The translations under genes and the position numbers were made by a program. A DNA stretch of 64,000 nt from Dehalococcoidia bacterium (GTDB taxonomy: Bacteria; Chloroflexota; Dehalococcoidia; Bin125), in NCBI GenBank assembly GCA_963555985.3, contig OY820591.1, forward strand, positions 2,080,001 to 2,144,000, written 5' to 3'. The notes under the pieces are model-generated. The model had not been told where the DNA came from. It worked only from the letters and a program-made list of their open reading frames with translations, and did not search any database. Within the stretch, counting starts at the first letter, position 1. The number at the start of each line of letters is the position of its first letter. Positions 28,309 through 37,894 of this stretch are shown here, one piece after another.

Positions 28309-29615
28309 GTCACTCCTGCAAGTTCGGGTGTTTCCCCGCTCGAGTGCGGGGACGGGCGTGTGCGTGCGGGTTTGTTCGGTTCTGTTCGGCTGCGGTCGAA
28401 TGTCGCGCTCGCTTTGACGGGGGCGGGCGACCAATGGTCGGCATATTCGCTCCAGAGCCGGCGCAGACGCGGGATCACCCGCTCGGCGAAGAGGCGCGTA
28501 CTGTGGAGCGTCAGGTCATGGGGCAGATCGCCGAACTGGAAGACGCCGATCAGGTGCCCCACTCGGAGCGAGCTCACGAGGTGTTCGAGCTGTTCGGTCA
28601 CGGTCGCCGGTGAGCCGGCGGCGAGCGCTCCGCTGTCGATCCGCTCCTGCCAAGTCGGCTCCGAGGTCGATGGGGACGGTTCCGCCTGCTGCGCCAAGAG
28701 TCTGGCGGCGCGTTCGCGGAGACCGCGCTCCGTGCGCCAGCCCGGCGCTTCGCTCCAGCCGGGGAATTCGTTTGCCGTGTGGCGCTCGGTATAGCGCAAG
28801 TGCGGCTCGTAGAGCTGCTGCGCCTGATCGTCGGTTTCGGCGACGATGATCGTTTGGGAGACCGCTCCCTGAAACGGGTTGCGGGGCAGGCCGCGCGCCG
28901 AGATGGTACGCCAAAAACCGTCCATCGCCGCTTGCGCCGGAGCGAGGCCGCGGCTGGCCAGACAGGAATAGTTGTAGCCGCGCTCGGCGCAGAAGTCCCA
29001 GGTTTCGTGAGAGATGCCGTCCGCCGGAATCCAGATCGGGGGGTGCGGTCGCTGGAGTGGTCGCGGCCAGATGTTCACGTAGCGCAGCTTGCTGTACTCG
29101 CCGTTCCAGCTGAAGACTTTCGGATCCGTCCAGGCGCGGAGGATGAGGTCGTGATGCTCGCGATAGCGCTCACGCAGTGTGACCGGATTGAGGCCACAGG
29201 CGTAGTTGGCGTCCATCGGCGTACCCAAGGGAAACCCGGCGATGATCCGGCCGCCGGAGATCACGTCGAGCATCGCGATCTCTTCGGCTACGCGAGTAGG
29301 CGGGTTGTAGAGCGGGAGGGAGGTCCCGAGCATGATGATGGCGGCGCGAGAGGTTCGGCGGGCGAGCGCGGCTGCCATCAGTTGGGGCGAGGGCATCAGG
29401 CCGAAGACGTTCTGATGATGCTCGTTGACGATTAGCCCATCGAAACCCACCCGCTCGGCGTACTCGAGCTGGTCCAGATATTCGTGGTAGGCGCGGTGGC
29501 CGCGCAGCGGCTCGTAGAGCCGCGAGTCGGCGTCCACCCAGACTGAGCGGTTGCGCTCGCGGAAGTCAGCCGGCAGGTGCGGCCAGGGCATTCCGTGGAA
29601 CCAGTGGAATTTCAT
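28305..29615 (-). CDS. LLM-class flavin-dependent monooxygenase (divergent tandem copy)
   Basis: MKFHWFHGMPWPHLP, NEHHQN, RVAEEIAMLDVISGGR, PHPPIWIP. Confidence 0.88.
   Translation of the reverse strand: MKFHWFHGMPWPHLPADFRERNRSVWVDADSRLYEPLRGHRAYHEYLDQLEYAERVGFDGLIVNEHHQNVFGLMPSPQLMAAALARRTSRAAIIMLGTSLPLYNPPTRVAEEIAMLDVISGGRIIAGFPLGTPMDANYACGLNPVTLRERYREHHDLILRAWTDPKVFSWNGEYSKLRYVNIWPRPLQRPHPPIWIPADGISHETWDFCAERGYNYSCLASRGLAPAQAAMDGFWRTISARGLPRNPFQGAVSQTIIVAETDDQAQQLYEPHLRYTERHTANEFPGWSEAPGWRTERGLRERAARLLAQQAEPSPSTSEPTWQERIDSGALAAGSPATVTEQLEHLVSSLRVGHLIGVFQFGDLPHDLTLHSTRLFAERVIPRLRRLWSEYADHWSPAPVKASATFDRSRTEPNKPARTRPSPHSSGETPELAGVT
28361..28400. repeat. 10-bp-period tandem array inside the 3' end of the LLM gene
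   Basis: tgcgtgcggg/tttgttcggt/tctgttcggc/tgcggtcgaa, next to hairpin TCCCCGC..GCGGGGA (28333-28352). Confidence 0.7.
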
Positions 29616-29673
29616 GCTTCTCTCCCGCTCCCCCGTGCAGGGGGAGCGGGGAATGCTTGCCTGACTAATCGAC

Positions 29674-30912
29674 CTAGTTGGCGCCGCTGAGGACCGGGGC
29701 CGGAGCGGCGACATGCTCGGCGCCGACTGGCTTGGGCGACCAGTGGTCTTCGTAGTCTTCCCAGATGTGCTTGACGCGGGGGATGACCTGCTCGGCGAAG
29801 AGCTTGGTGGAGGCTCGGGCCTTGTCGTCGGGCATGTCTCCGCAGTGGAGGAGGGTGACGAGGTGTCCGACCTGGAGCTTGGTGGCGAGCGCTTCGATCT
29901 GCTCGGTGACGGAGTCGGGCGAGCCGGCGACGATGTAGCCCTCGCGTACCCAGTCCTTCCACTCGAGCGTGTGCGCGATGCCGAGACCTTGCGCCCCGCC
30001 CGCGCGCAGACCGGCGCGGATCGTGTTCTCGGTGCGGTAGCCGGGGGCGTCGGCGAAGCCCGGGTAGACGTGCAGACACTTGTCGAAGAAGTACTGGAGA
30101 TGCTCGGTGTACATCTGCTCGGCCTGATCGTCGGTCTCGGCGACGACGACCTGCTGGGCGAAGGCGCCCTGGAAGGGGTTGAACTCGACGCCCATTTCGC
30201 CCAGACGGTTCCAGAAGCCCTGCATCAGGGCTTCGCCGCGGACGTAGCCGTTGAACGAGAGGTAGCTGTAGTTGTAGCCCATCTCGCCGCAGAAGTCCCA
30301 GGTTTCGACGGAGCCGCCGCCCGGGATCCAGATCGGCGGGTGCGGCTTCTGGAGCGGGCGCGGCCAGAGGTTGACGTAGCGAATCTTGTTGTACTCGCCG
30401 TTCCAGGAGAAGACGTCGGGGTCCTGCCAGGCGCGCAGGATCAGGTCGTGGTTCTCCTTGTACTTGTCGCGCAGCGTGGCCGGATTGGAGCCGAAGCAGA
30501 AGTTGTCGTCCATCGAGGTGCCGACCGGGAATCCGGCGACGAGGCGTCCGCCCGACATCACGTCGAGCATGGCCATTTCCTCGGCCACGCGGGTGGGCGG
30601 GTTGTAGAGCGCGATCGACTGGCCCAGCAGCAGGATCGTCACGTCCTGGGTGCGGCGCGAGAGGGTGGCGGCCATCAGCTGGGGCGAGGGCATCATCCCA
30701 TAGGCGTTCTGGTGATGCTCGTTGATGCCGATGCCGTCGAAGCCGAGCGAGGCGGCGTATTCGAGCTGGTCGAGGTACTCGTTGTAGACGCGGTGGCCTT
30801 CGACGGGGTCGTAGAGGCGGGAGTCGACATCGACCCAGACGGAGCGGTTGGTCTCGCGGAAGTCCTCCGGCAGGTGGGGCCAGGGCATCAGGTTGAACCA
30901 GTGGAATTTCAT
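29674..30912 (-). CDS. LLM-class flavin-dependent monooxygenase
   Basis: MKFHWFNLMPWPHLP, NEHHQNAYG, RVAEEMAMLDVMSGGR, PHPPIWIPGGGS; RBS CAGGAG. Confidence 0.9.
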   Translation of the reverse strand: MKFHWFNLMPWPHLPEDFRETNRSVWVDVDSRLYDPVEGHRVYNEYLDQLEYAASLGFDGIGINEHHQNAYGMMPSPQLMAATLSRRTQDVTILLLGQSIALYNPPTRVAEEMAMLDVMSGGRLVAGFPVGTSMDDNFCFGSNPATLRDKYKENHDLILRAWQDPDVFSWNGEYNKIRYVNLWPRPLQKPHPPIWIPGGGSVETWDFCGEMGYNYSYLSFNGYVRGEALMQGFWNRLGEMGVEFNPFQGAFAQQVVVAETDDQAEQMYTEHLQYFFDKCLHVYPGFADAPGYRTENTIRAGLRAGGAQGLGIAHTLEWKDWVREGYIVAGSPDSVTEQIEALATKLQVGHLVTLLHCGDMPDDKARASTKLFAEQVIPRVKHIWEDYEDHWSPKPVGAEHVAAPAPVLSGAN

Positions 30913-31006
30913 GGCGGGTCTCCTGTGTTGAGGCGTTGCTGTCAGTGTAGGGGGTGAGCCTCTGGGCGGGCAGATCATCTACGCTGAGTTCGTAGGGGAG
31001 TCGTCC

Positions 31007-31321
31007 ATGCCCGAATTCGCCCACGCCGACTACGGCATCGTCCCGACCGAGACCACGCCCGAAGAGCGCGCCGAGAACCTGCGCCGGCGCGCGGAAAGCG
31101 ACCGCAACGTCGATTTCTGGAACGAGCACTACCGCGAGCTGACCGAGCGCTACCTGCACCGTTTCCTGGTGATCTACGATGGCGGCGAGATGCGCGATTT
31201 CAAGGATGCGATCTCAATGAACGACTTTCTGCGTACGCTGCCCAAAGAGCAGCGGGACGCCGCGATGCACCAGTACGTTGACTATGCGGTGTATGTGCCA
31301 ACGGCATTTCCCATTCGATGA
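31007..31321 (+). CDS. Small hypothetical protein, DUF5678-like
   Basis: NVDFWNEHYRELTERY..RFLVIYDG pattern; ATGA-coupled to downstream protease gene. Confidence 0.55.
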   Translation: MPEFAHADYGIVPTETTPEERAENLRRRAESDRNVDFWNEHYRELTERYLHRFLVIYDGGEMRDFKDAISMNDFLRTLPKEQRDAAMHQYVDYAVYVPTAFPIR

Positions 31322-31805
31322 CGAGGCAGTTCCGCGGCAAGTTCTGGCATCAGCGCACGACCTACGCCGCGCTGCCGGATGAGTTGCGTCCATACATTGA
31401 GGCCGAGCTGACGCTCTACGACCGTATGGGCGAAATCCCGTGGCAATCGACACCGGAAGCCCGTACACAATCCTCCATCCGAACGATTCCGACATTCTGC
31501 TTGGTCAAGCACTCCGCGACCTCGATTTCGCCGGGCACCGCCAGCGATTCGCCCTTGGCGGCGTGGGACAAGGGACGACAAACGCCATCATCGCGCCCGC
31601 GACGTTGACCTTCGCGGATGAACAAGGCCAGCGCGAAACGATCCGGCTGCCGATCCTGATCGCCGAACCGACTCCCTCCTACCGCTCACATGAGGGCAAT
31701 TGGCGACTACCCAGCCTCCTCGGCTGCGATGTGTTGCGCTACTTCGACCTGACCCTCTCCTACCACCCGCCCTCGGTGACGCTGACGGAGGCAGCCCCCG
31801 CCTGA
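31318..31805 (+). pseudogene. Retropepsin-like (clan AA) aspartyl protease with a 1-nt frameshift near 31440
   Basis: N-part ...RPYIEAELTL (frame of 31318) then IDTGS...PSLLGCDVL (frame of 31440). Confidence 0.72.
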
Positions 31806-31841
31806 TACCCTGCGTGGCTGCCCCAACCGAAAGCCGCCGCC

Positions 31842-32381
31842 ATGACCCTCGATCATCCCGTCGACACGACGCCCGCCGACTTGCTGCGCTCCGCCCGCGA
31901 CGCGGCTTGGAGCGAGGACGAAGCCCGCGCCGCCGACGCCTACCACTGCGCCATCCGCGCAATTGAGCAGGCATTCCGCCAGATCGCCACGCCCGACAAC
32001 CCCACGGACGACCTCGGCGTCATCCTGACCCACTGGCAAGAGCGCCCCGACCTCTGGTGCGAGGGCTACTCCCGCGTCGCAGATGTCGACACGGTCATGC
32101 CCGTGCTTGCCGACCTCTGGGAGGGACGCCCAGAAGCGGACAAGGTCTTCCCCGTTGATCTCGAAGAAGCCCGCATTGCGCTCGCAACCGCCGAGTGGGC
32201 GCTGAAGCTGTTCGACCTCGGCTTCTTCGAACTCCTCGACGAACTCACCCCCGAGGAAGAAGCAGAGGACTTGCGCATCGCCGAAATGCACGCCGAGCGC
32301 AAGCGTCTCGGGGTGGAAGAGGAGAGCATCCCTTGGGAGGAAGTAGAAGAGCGCCTGGCCGCCCGCTGGCGTAAGGAATGA
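31842..32381 (+). CDS. Hypothetical: degenerate HEPN/AbiJ-C-like domain fused to an antitoxin-like tail
   Basis: AYHCAIRAIE...PDNPTDDLGVIL...LWEG; tail EEAEDLRIA...ESIPWEEV; ATGA-coupled to relE-like gene. Confidence 0.55.
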   Translation: MTLDHPVDTTPADLLRSARDAAWSEDEARAADAYHCAIRAIEQAFRQIATPDNPTDDLGVILTHWQERPDLWCEGYSRVADVDTVMPVLADLWEGRPEADKVFPVDLEEARIALATAEWALKLFDLGFFELLDELTPEEEAEDLRIAEMHAERKRLGVEEESIPWEEVEERLAARWRKE

Positions 32382-32648
32382 CAGACAAATCGCGGTCACC
32401 CTACCGGGTCGTCACAAAACCGAGAGTTGAACGGCAGTTGGCGCGTCTCGGGAAGCGGGACCTTGCTTCAGTCAGGAAGAAGATTCGCCGTCGAGCCTCG
32501 CCCGCGGCGAGTACTCAGACTCCGAGACAATGAGCATCGCGTGCGCCAGGGCAACCGGCGCATCTTCTACGAAATCGATGATGATGCGCGGGTGGTGACG
32601 GTCACCGATGTCTTGCGACGGAACGAGCGCACCTACAGGGACCTCTAG
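32378..32648 (+). pseudogene. relE: RelE/ParE-family toxin, frameshifted near 32487
   Basis: YRVVTKPRVERQLARL (frame of 32378) then EPRP...HRVRQGNRRIFYEIDDDARVVTV...RRNERTY (other frame). Confidence 0.75.
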
Positions 32649-32915
32649 CCGCGCAACAGCGACCGACCAGATGATTGATATGGCTAGGCAAGCGCGAAAG
32701 GCGGAACTAGGCCCCTGTCCTTCGCGCTCGGGCGGCGCTTGTGCGAACCCTTAGCAACGGGCGTCGCCTGCCCTTGAGCGCCCGGCTCTAGCCTTGCTTC
32801 GCCGAGTGCTCACACCCCAGTCTAACTGGTCAACAGCCGACCTATCAACTCCTCCGTTCGCTAAACCTCCGTCGCAACGAGCGCACGTACCGTGACCTCT
32901 AGCCCCGATCTGCAT

Positions 32916-33365
32916 CTACGAGAGACATTTGGCTACCAGAGCCGCCCAGCCGATGATCAGAGGGTTCAGAACGACGCGCCACACCAACTGACCGATCCGA
33001 ACACGCCCAGCCCCCCGCCTCGTCTGCCCCTCCAAGCACCCGATCCACGCCTCGATCTGCATCTCCCTCTCTCTGTCTCGATTCTCCGCTGAGCCGCACG
33101 GAAACTCAGACAGCACTGCCTCCAGGACTCTTCGCTGCTCGTCTGGTGAAGCACTGTTCAGTGCCGCCGCGAAACGATCGCGTTTCCTCTCGTTGGCTCG
33201 TCGGCGAACGCCGGGGTGATCAGCGGCAAGGCCGCAATCTCCTTCAAGAAACTTGGTCAACCGCTCGTGCGTGAGCGAGCCGAAGCCACGTTTGTCATCT
33301 CCAATCCAATTCTCAACGAGAAAATCGGCCGCTTCGGGCGGCAGCTCACGTGCGTTCCCTAACAT
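32916..33365 (-). CDS. Hypothetical protein, resembles N-terminal domain of abortive-infection proteins
   Basis: KRDRFAAALNSASPDEQRRVLEAVLSEFP pattern plus short C-terminal hydrophobic stretch; directly downstream of R-M gene. Confidence 0.4.
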   Translation of the reverse strand: MLGNARELPPEAADFLVENWIGDDKRGFGSLTHERLTKFLEGDCGLAADHPGVRRRANERKRDRFAAALNSASPDEQRRVLEAVLSEFPCGSAENRDREREMQIEAWIGCLEGQTRRGAGRVRIGQLVWRVVLNPLIIGWAALVAKCLS

Positions 33366-33538
33366 GGCTCACTGACCTTTTCCGTCGGGATCCCCTGAAG
33401 GGTTTCGGCTCATACATTCCAGTGCTCCATTTTTCCTGCGCCGCCCTGTCTGGCGCGCAGGGTGACTCTACCAGGTCAGCAGAACGTCTCACAAAACCGA
33501 AATGTAAATTCCAGAGTACATAACGCATCAATCTTCCT

Positions 33539-36500
33539 TCACTCCAGCAATTCTCCCACCAACACCTCCACACGTTGACCCTCCTCCGACTCCGACAGCC
33601 ACTTGCGGAGCTCGCGGCGGGCGATGGTGACGGTGAAGGACTTCTTCGCCGCTGCGCGGGCGACTCTGAGGTCCGCCAACACGGACGCTGCGCTCGCCGC
33701 CGCAGAGGCGCCCGCAGCCGCAATCTCCTGATGCAGATCATCGGATTCGTCATAGGCCGGGATGGGCAGCCGCCAGAGGTGCTTGACTAGATCCCGTGCG
33801 CCGAACTGTCCTTTCGACATCAACGGTTCAACTGCATCTTCCAGCGTCCTACTGTTAATGATGGCAACGAGATAGTTTGCTTCATCCAAAGTATGCACTG
33901 GTACCCAGACGAGCCGTACATCAACAATTGCAGCTTCCGTCATGACCGCAGCGGTGGGGCGACCGGCTGCCCCGTAGACGACGCGGTAGGGCGTATCGGG
34001 CGTGGGCGCAAGTTGCGCGCTGAGCTTGTTGCCGTAGTCGAGCTGCGAGACCAAGTCGAGCTTCGTGTTGGGATTCTTGTGCTGGTCCCAAAGTCGGTTC
34101 ATCTCACGCCAGCGACGGCGCATGCGACTGCCGAGTGTGCCCGGATCGATCCCGTGCAGGCCCTCGCTCACCTTCGCCAACTCACGGCTGGCGCGAGAGA
34201 GCGGTAGGACAGCCCGCAACGGCTCCAACAGCACGTATGGAGCCAATGTCTCGCCCAGGTGAATGTCCTCTAAGTGCGTTGTTTCGATTGGCTGATTCGC
34301 GAGTGTGACCAACTCGAGGTCGCGCCACGGCGCGTTTTCCTGCCCGCTGCGACGCGGGGAGGTCATCTCGATCGGTTCTGCCTGAACGACCGCCGTCGGC
34401 TGTTCCAGGTTCACAAAGAAGAGGCTGCGGGGAATGATGATTGCACCCTGCCGCGCCACATCGCCGTAGGGGGACGCGAACCCGCTTGCCGTGCTGCTCA
34501 ATCCGACGCGCTCGCGACGGAATGGGCCGCCCGCCGGTCCGCGCCAGCGCAGGGCGGATGCAGCCAGACCGACCGCGCTGCCGGATGTCTTCCGCGCAAA
34601 CACGACGGAAGCAGGGATGGGGAAAAACGAATTGGGTTCGATCCGCTCAAGGTCCCATGGCAACTGGTGACTCAGGTCCGCAGTCGTATCGCCCCATGTC
34701 CCACGACGCCACTTTGCATACTGACCGCGTTGCAAGGCGCTGTGGGGCAACACCATCCCGGCCAATCCGCCCGGCTTGAGATAGAGGTCAACGCAGCGTG
34801 CGAAGAACATCCCGGAGATATCTTGCGTCGTCGCGAACTGGCGTCCCGCCCAGATGTCGTACTGTCGCCGGCTCTGTCGCTCGAGCTCAGCCCGCAGCAC
34901 GGCGTCGGTACTGCGGTACGAAATCCACGGAGGGTTGCCGACCACCACGTCGACGCCAATCTCGCGCAGCCAGATCGGGCGGACGAGGTTGCGCGTGTAG
35001 TAGGCCCAGATGTGATCGCGCCCTTGATCGTGCAAGCGCTTGAGGATGTCTACCGTCCGTTCGAGCATGGCTCGTTCATGCGGATCGTTGATGTTCGCAT
35101 CGTTTAGCGCCCAAATCGGATCACCGCCGCTTTCGAGCTCGCTCGCGATCCGTGCCATCAGCCGATCGAAGCGCGCCGGATGTTCGATCAGACGGCGCGG
35201 AAATTCGAGCGCCAGATCCTCACCGTTGGCGTCGTAGTCAATGCGGAGCATCACGCTGCTGTTGGCGAACAGGCCGAACGATTCGGTGCGCAGTTGCAGC
35301 GAGTCACCGAGATAGATCGGTACGGAGACTTCGATCTGTGCTCCCCGTGCAGCTGCAATCGCGTCGCGTGCGGCCAGCGTCCACGTTGCCCGCGCCAGAT
35401 GCACCGCGACCGGATGCACGTCGATCCCCACCACAGAATTGAGCAGGCCGTCCAGCGTCTGCGCGGGCGCGCGCCCGGCCTCCGACGCCGCGCTCAGGTA
35501 CTTGCGCACGGCGGCGAAGATGAACGAGCCGGAGCCGCAGGCCGGATCGAGCACGCGCTGATTGAGCGGATCGCTCACGACCGCGTCCACAATCGCCCGC
35601 GCTAGCCAGTCGGGCGTGTAGTACTCCCCCAGCCGCCGCCGGTCGTCCGCCGGGATCACCGCCTCGTACAGAATCCGCGCGATGTCCGATTCCGCCTGCG
35701 ACCACTCGAACCAGCCGATCCGCTGGGCCAGATCGCGCAGCCAGGCTTCGCCCCCGACCTCGACCGGCCAGGTGAAGAAGTCCGACTCGATCACGCCGCT
35801 CACACCGGTCTGGTCGACGAACAGCTGCCCGCCCAGCAGCCGCGCCGGATCGCTCTGCGCCGCCTCCTCAATCGGGATGCCGAACGCCGATTGCACCGCC
35901 AGTCCGACCACGACTGAGAGATACGTGTGCCGCACGAAGAGCCGGTCGAGGTCGGGCTCCTCCGCAATCACCTGTCCCAGCGCCGCCGCCAGCAGCCGCC
36001 GCCAGAGGTCGCGCTTGACCGCAATCGTGGGATCGTCGCGGCTCGCCTGGTAGAGCGCGTCCAGCGCCTCAATATGCCGCTCGAAGCGAGGCCCTTCCCC
36101 CAGCCGCGAGCGAATCTCGTCGTCCGTCGGTGCTACGCCCCGCGCCTCCAGCGCCTGCGACTGATCCCGCAGCCACTCATACAGCGCCAGGCCGTGCTCG
36201 GCGTCGCGCAGGGTGAAAGCGTGCGGCGCCTGCGTCCGTACCGGCCCCATCCCGGGCCAGCGCAAGATCCAGTACTTGCCGTCGGTCAGAATGCCGAAGC
36301 GCTGCGGCTGTCCACCTTTGACCGCCGCCGCGAGATAGTCGTCCAACTGCTGCACGTGCGCGGGATCGGGCTGGATCCGGTTCCCGATCCGCACCTTGAA
36401 CTCGATGATCAGATCGCGCGTGCGCAAATCCGTCCGCCCGCCCGCGCCCGCCGCCGGCGCCTGCTCCATCTCGATCTCGGAAACCCCCGCCAACCCCGTC

Positions 36501-36613
36501 CCAATCAGAAAGTCCCGCACCGCCACGCCGATCTCCGCCTCCGCCACGCCCGCCTTCTCATGCCGCTCCAGCACACCCCGCGCATACTCGTTGCAAAGCT
36601 CAGGACTCGCCAT
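33539..36613 (-). CDS. Single-chain type IIG/IIL-like restriction-modification enzyme
   Basis: GRTDL...IIEFK nuclease motif, GILTDG, LGEYYTPDWLA, VLDPACGSGSF, VVGNPPW; RBS GGAGG. Confidence 0.88.
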   Translation of the reverse strand: MASPELCNEYARGVLERHEKAGVAEAEIGVAVRDFLIGTGLAGVSEIEMEQAPAAGAGGRTDLRTRDLIIEFKVRIGNRIQPDPAHVQQLDDYLAAAVKGGQPQRFGILTDGKYWILRWPGMGPVRTQAPHAFTLRDAEHGLALYEWLRDQSQALEARGVAPTDDEIRSRLGEGPRFERHIEALDALYQASRDDPTIAVKRDLWRRLLAAALGQVIAEEPDLDRLFVRHTYLSVVVGLAVQSAFGIPIEEAAQSDPARLLGGQLFVDQTGVSGVIESDFFTWPVEVGGEAWLRDLAQRIGWFEWSQAESDIARILYEAVIPADDRRRLGEYYTPDWLARAIVDAVVSDPLNQRVLDPACGSGSFIFAAVRKYLSAASEAGRAPAQTLDGLLNSVVGIDVHPVAVHLARATWTLAARDAIAAARGAQIEVSVPIYLGDSLQLRTESFGLFANSSVMLRIDYDANGEDLALEFPRRLIEHPARFDRLMARIASELESGGDPIWALNDANINDPHERAMLERTVDILKRLHDQGRDHIWAYYTRNLVRPIWLREIGVDVVVGNPPWISYRSTDAVLRAELERQSRRQYDIWAGRQFATTQDISGMFFARCVDLYLKPGGLAGMVLPHSALQRGQYAKWRRGTWGDTTADLSHQLPWDLERIEPNSFFPIPASVVFARKTSGSAVGLAASALRWRGPAGGPFRRERVGLSSTASGFASPYGDVARQGAIIIPRSLFFVNLEQPTAVVQAEPIEMTSPRRSGQENAPWRDLELVTLANQPIETTHLEDIHLGETLAPYVLLEPLRAVLPLSRASRELAKVSEGLHGIDPGTLGSRMRRRWREMNRLWDQHKNPNTKLDLVSQLDYGNKLSAQLAPTPDTPYRVVYGAAGRPTAAVMTEAAIVDVRLVWVPVHTLDEANYLVAIINSRTLEDAVEPLMSKGQFGARDLVKHLWRLPIPAYDESDDLHQEIAAAGASAAASAASVLADLRVARAAAKKSFTVTIARRELRKWLSESEEGQRVEVLVGELLE

Positions 36614-36659
36614 ACCTCCATCCTAATTCCCTTCTCCCCCGCACCGCAGAGGCCAAACC

Positions 36660-36726
36660 CCTCTCCCCCTTGAGAGCCTGTCCCCGCGCAGGCGGGGAGG
36701 GAGATGCCCCGCAGGGGCAGAGGGGG
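36660..36726 (+). repeat. Double-hairpin REP-like element (DUF559-associated family) with nested 23-bp hairpin
   Basis: CCTCTCCCCCTTGAG[AGCCTGTCCCCGCGCAGGCGGGG]AGGGAGATGCCCCGCAGGGGCAGAGGGGG. Confidence 0.75.
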
Positions 36727-36758
36727 TGAGACGCCCCGCAAAGCGCTCGCCAACACTC

Positions 36759-36856
36759 CGTCATTGCCGCGCCCCGTCGCGGCAATCTCGATGTGTGTTG
36801 CCCTGACCGTCTGTGCGCGACTCAGCGAGATACCCGCGGCAGGCGCGGGTATGACG
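36759..36856. repeat. Inverted CGTC-REP dimer
   Basis: CGTCATTGCCGCG..CGCGGCAATCTCG - spacer - CGAGATACCCGCG..CGCGGGTATGACG. Confidence 0.88.
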
Positions 36857-36914
36857 GAGGTAGGAGCAGCCTGGCTGAGAACGCTCCAACCCACCCCCTG
36901 CCTACACTGACCCC

Positions 36915-37790
36915 ATGTCCTCAACCGGCGCCTCCTGCTACCGACACGACGAACGCTGGGCCGGCGTGCTCTGCCAGCGCTGTTCCCGTCCGATCTGCCC
37001 CGAGTGCATGATCGAGGCTGCGGTCGGTTTCCAGTGCCCCGAATGCGTCCAGGAGGGCCGCCGCCGCACCCGCCAGTGGTCCACCGCCTCCCCCATTCGC
37101 GTCACCCAGGCGCTGGTCATCATCAACGTCGTGGTCTGGCTCGTCGTCGCCGTCTACACCGGCGACCTCTCGATCTGGAGCGGGCGCGCCACTTCCGTCC
37201 ACCGCGACTTCGCCCTCCACGGATTCCCGGTCCAGGACGGCGAGTACTGGCGGCTCTTCACCTCCGCCTTCCTCCACTACGGACTCTTCCACCTCGCCAT
37301 GAACATGATCATCCTGGTCTGGTTGGGGCGGCTGCTCGAACCCGCCATCGGCGGCCCGCGCCTGCTCCTGCTCTATGCCGTCTCGCTCTGCGGCGGCGCG
37401 CTCGGCGCGCTGCTGGTCGAACCTGACGGCCTCACCGCCGGCGCCTCGGGCGCGGTCTTCGGCCTCGCCGGGGCAGTCGTCATCGCCGAGCGCGCCTCCG
37501 GCCTCCGCTGGCAGGAGTCCGGCATCCTGATTTTCCTTGTGCTCAACATCGTGATCTCACTCTTCGTGCCGCGCATCTCCCTGGGCGGACACCTCGGCGG
37601 CATGATCGTCGGCGCGCTCGCCGCCCTGATCCTCTGGGGCTTCCCTAACTGGTCGGGCTTCATTCGTACCGCGACACAGATCAAGCTGCTGCGGCCCTTG
37701 CCGGAGTTGTTGGTCTTCGCACTGGGCGCCGTCGCGATCTACCTCGCCATCGCCGTCGCCGCCCCCCGCTGGTACGACCCAATCTTCTGA
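36915..37790 (+). CDS. Rhomboid intramembrane serine protease with N-terminal zinc-finger (B-box-like)
   Basis: CYRH...CQRC..PICPEC...CPEC, WRLFTSAFLH, GASG, GHLGG; TACACT 6 nt upstream (probably leaderless). Confidence 0.92.
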   Translation: MSSTGASCYRHDERWAGVLCQRCSRPICPECMIEAAVGFQCPECVQEGRRRTRQWSTASPIRVTQALVIINVVVWLVVAVYTGDLSIWSGRATSVHRDFALHGFPVQDGEYWRLFTSAFLHYGLFHLAMNMIILVWLGRLLEPAIGGPRLLLLYAVSLCGGALGALLVEPDGLTAGASGAVFGLAGAVVIAERASGLRWQESGILIFLVLNIVISLFVPRISLGGHLGGMIVGALAALILWGFPNWSGFIRTATQIKLLRPLPELLVFALGAVAIYLAIAVAAPRWYDPIF

Positions 37791-37840
37791 GCAAACCCGA
37801 TCCTGCCCGAACAAAATCGAACGCAACCGAACAAATCACA
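37791..37840. repeat. 10-bp-period tandem array
   Basis: gcaaacccga/tcctgcccga/acaaaatcga/acgcaaccga/acaaatcaca. Confidence 0.8.
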
Positions 37841-37894
37841 CCGAGCGGGTATCCTCCCCAGCGAACACCGAACGGACACGGGAAGAGGGCCAAG

